NCBI GenBank assembly: GCA_965112735.1
Contig: OZ218955.1
Span: 1,116,001-1,180,000, forward strand
Length of the DNA stretch: 64,000 nucleotides
Direction: 5' to 3'
Source of the DNA: Phaeosaccion multiseriatum
Lineage: Eukaryota; Protista; Ochrophyta, other classes
Shown here: positions 63,387-64,000 of the stretch, piece after piece
Layout: the number at the start of each line of letters is the position of its first letter
Numbering within the stretch: position 1 is the first letter of the stretch
Position numbers and translations under genes: made by a program
The notes under the pieces: model-generated
Told to the model about the DNA's origin: nothing
Database searches by the model: none
Seen by the model: the letters and a program-made list of their open reading frames with translations, nothing else

Positions 63387-64000
63387 CAGCAGCAGCAGAG
63401 GCAGTCGTATTGCAGTGCTCGCTCTGCTCACTTCCTAGCATCTCTTCGCCGATAGCAGAGTCGCCGGTGCCGCCAGCAGAGAGGGCCGCGGCGCCACAAC
63501 CAGCACCCCCGCCCGGACTAGAAGCAGGGGTAGGGACCGGAGAAGGGGCAGCTGTACCTGCTGTCGGCGGGCGAGAAGTACCCGTCACTACCAACAAGCG
63601 CTCTTGCGGAGACTGGGGTCGCAAGGCGTCCATGCCCTCTCCTCCTCCTCCTCCTCCTCCTCCTCCTCCTCCTCCTCCTCCTCCTCCTCCTCCTCCTCCT
63701 CCTCCTCCTCCTCCTCGCCTCGAGAAGCCTCCTCCCCCTGCTCCGACGACAAGAGGCACCGCTTCGGCTGCCGCAGTGCCTGTGGCCAGGTACACGCCAA
63801 TGCCCGAGTCCTCGGAGGGACACCCTGAGCGGTGTGCGACCAAGCTCGTTAAGGAGGCGTCATCTCCCCCAATGGGCACGGACGGGGGCAAGTAAGACGA
63901 GGAGCAGGGGCAGGAGGGGGGGGAGGAGGTGAAGGTGGCGGAGGGAAGCTTTCTCTTGAGGCCGGCGCCATTGCGGTGGTGGAAACCCTCCCCCTCCTTC
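53378..64000 (-). CDS. Very large multi-exon IQ-motif / coiled-coil protein (5' end outside the window)
   Basis: In-frame GT-AG exon chain: >64000-62615, ~62398-62279, ~62028-61913, ~61585-61357, ~60936-60797, ~60508-60340, ~60015-59945, ~59681-59561, ~59267-57947, ~57680-57568, ~57443-55303, then ~55050 onward. IQ-like motifs SAVTVQKTVRGWLTR, AATDIQRVFRGMRDR, AAQAIQRVWRFHLYR. 3' splicing and stop (~53378) uncertain. Confidence 0.65.

Overview
Eukaryotic nuclear DNA, most likely a flagellated photosynthetic stramenopile (ochrophyte). This is inferred from signal-peptide + 'A-F(AP)' plastid targeting on SQD2, a kinesin-2 tail, and microsatellite-filled spliceosomal introns. Most ORF-track entries are microsatellite artefacts, so real genes were assembled by hand from exons. 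In order: 3' end of a kinesin-2; TruB pseudouridine synthase; SQD2 sulfolipid synthase; a spliced gene resembling a bacterial PTS-EIIC-type permease family; a large Cys-domain/mucin type-I surface protein; a low-complexity zinc-ribbon protein; an LRR gene with one 72-nt exon per repeat; organellar release factor RF2; a MATE transporter; an Mx-like dynamin; three tandem ankyrin-repeat paralogs; and a large IQ-motif/coiled-coil gene running off the right end. The best candidate for an undescribed system is the microsatellite-poor 40.4-53.0 kb block. It pairs an Mx-like GTPase carrying a Cys/His insert in its L4-equivalent loop with three ankyrin genes of 10, 16 and 11 repeats. These are mosaic, vary mainly at binding-surface positions and share an unassigned C-terminal tail, which suggests an algal innate-immunity cluster. 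Also notable are the PTS-EIIC-like gene and a dispersed CAGTTGGTRATAC motif embedded in (CAG)n tracts. All family assignments come from motif recognition; no database searches were run.
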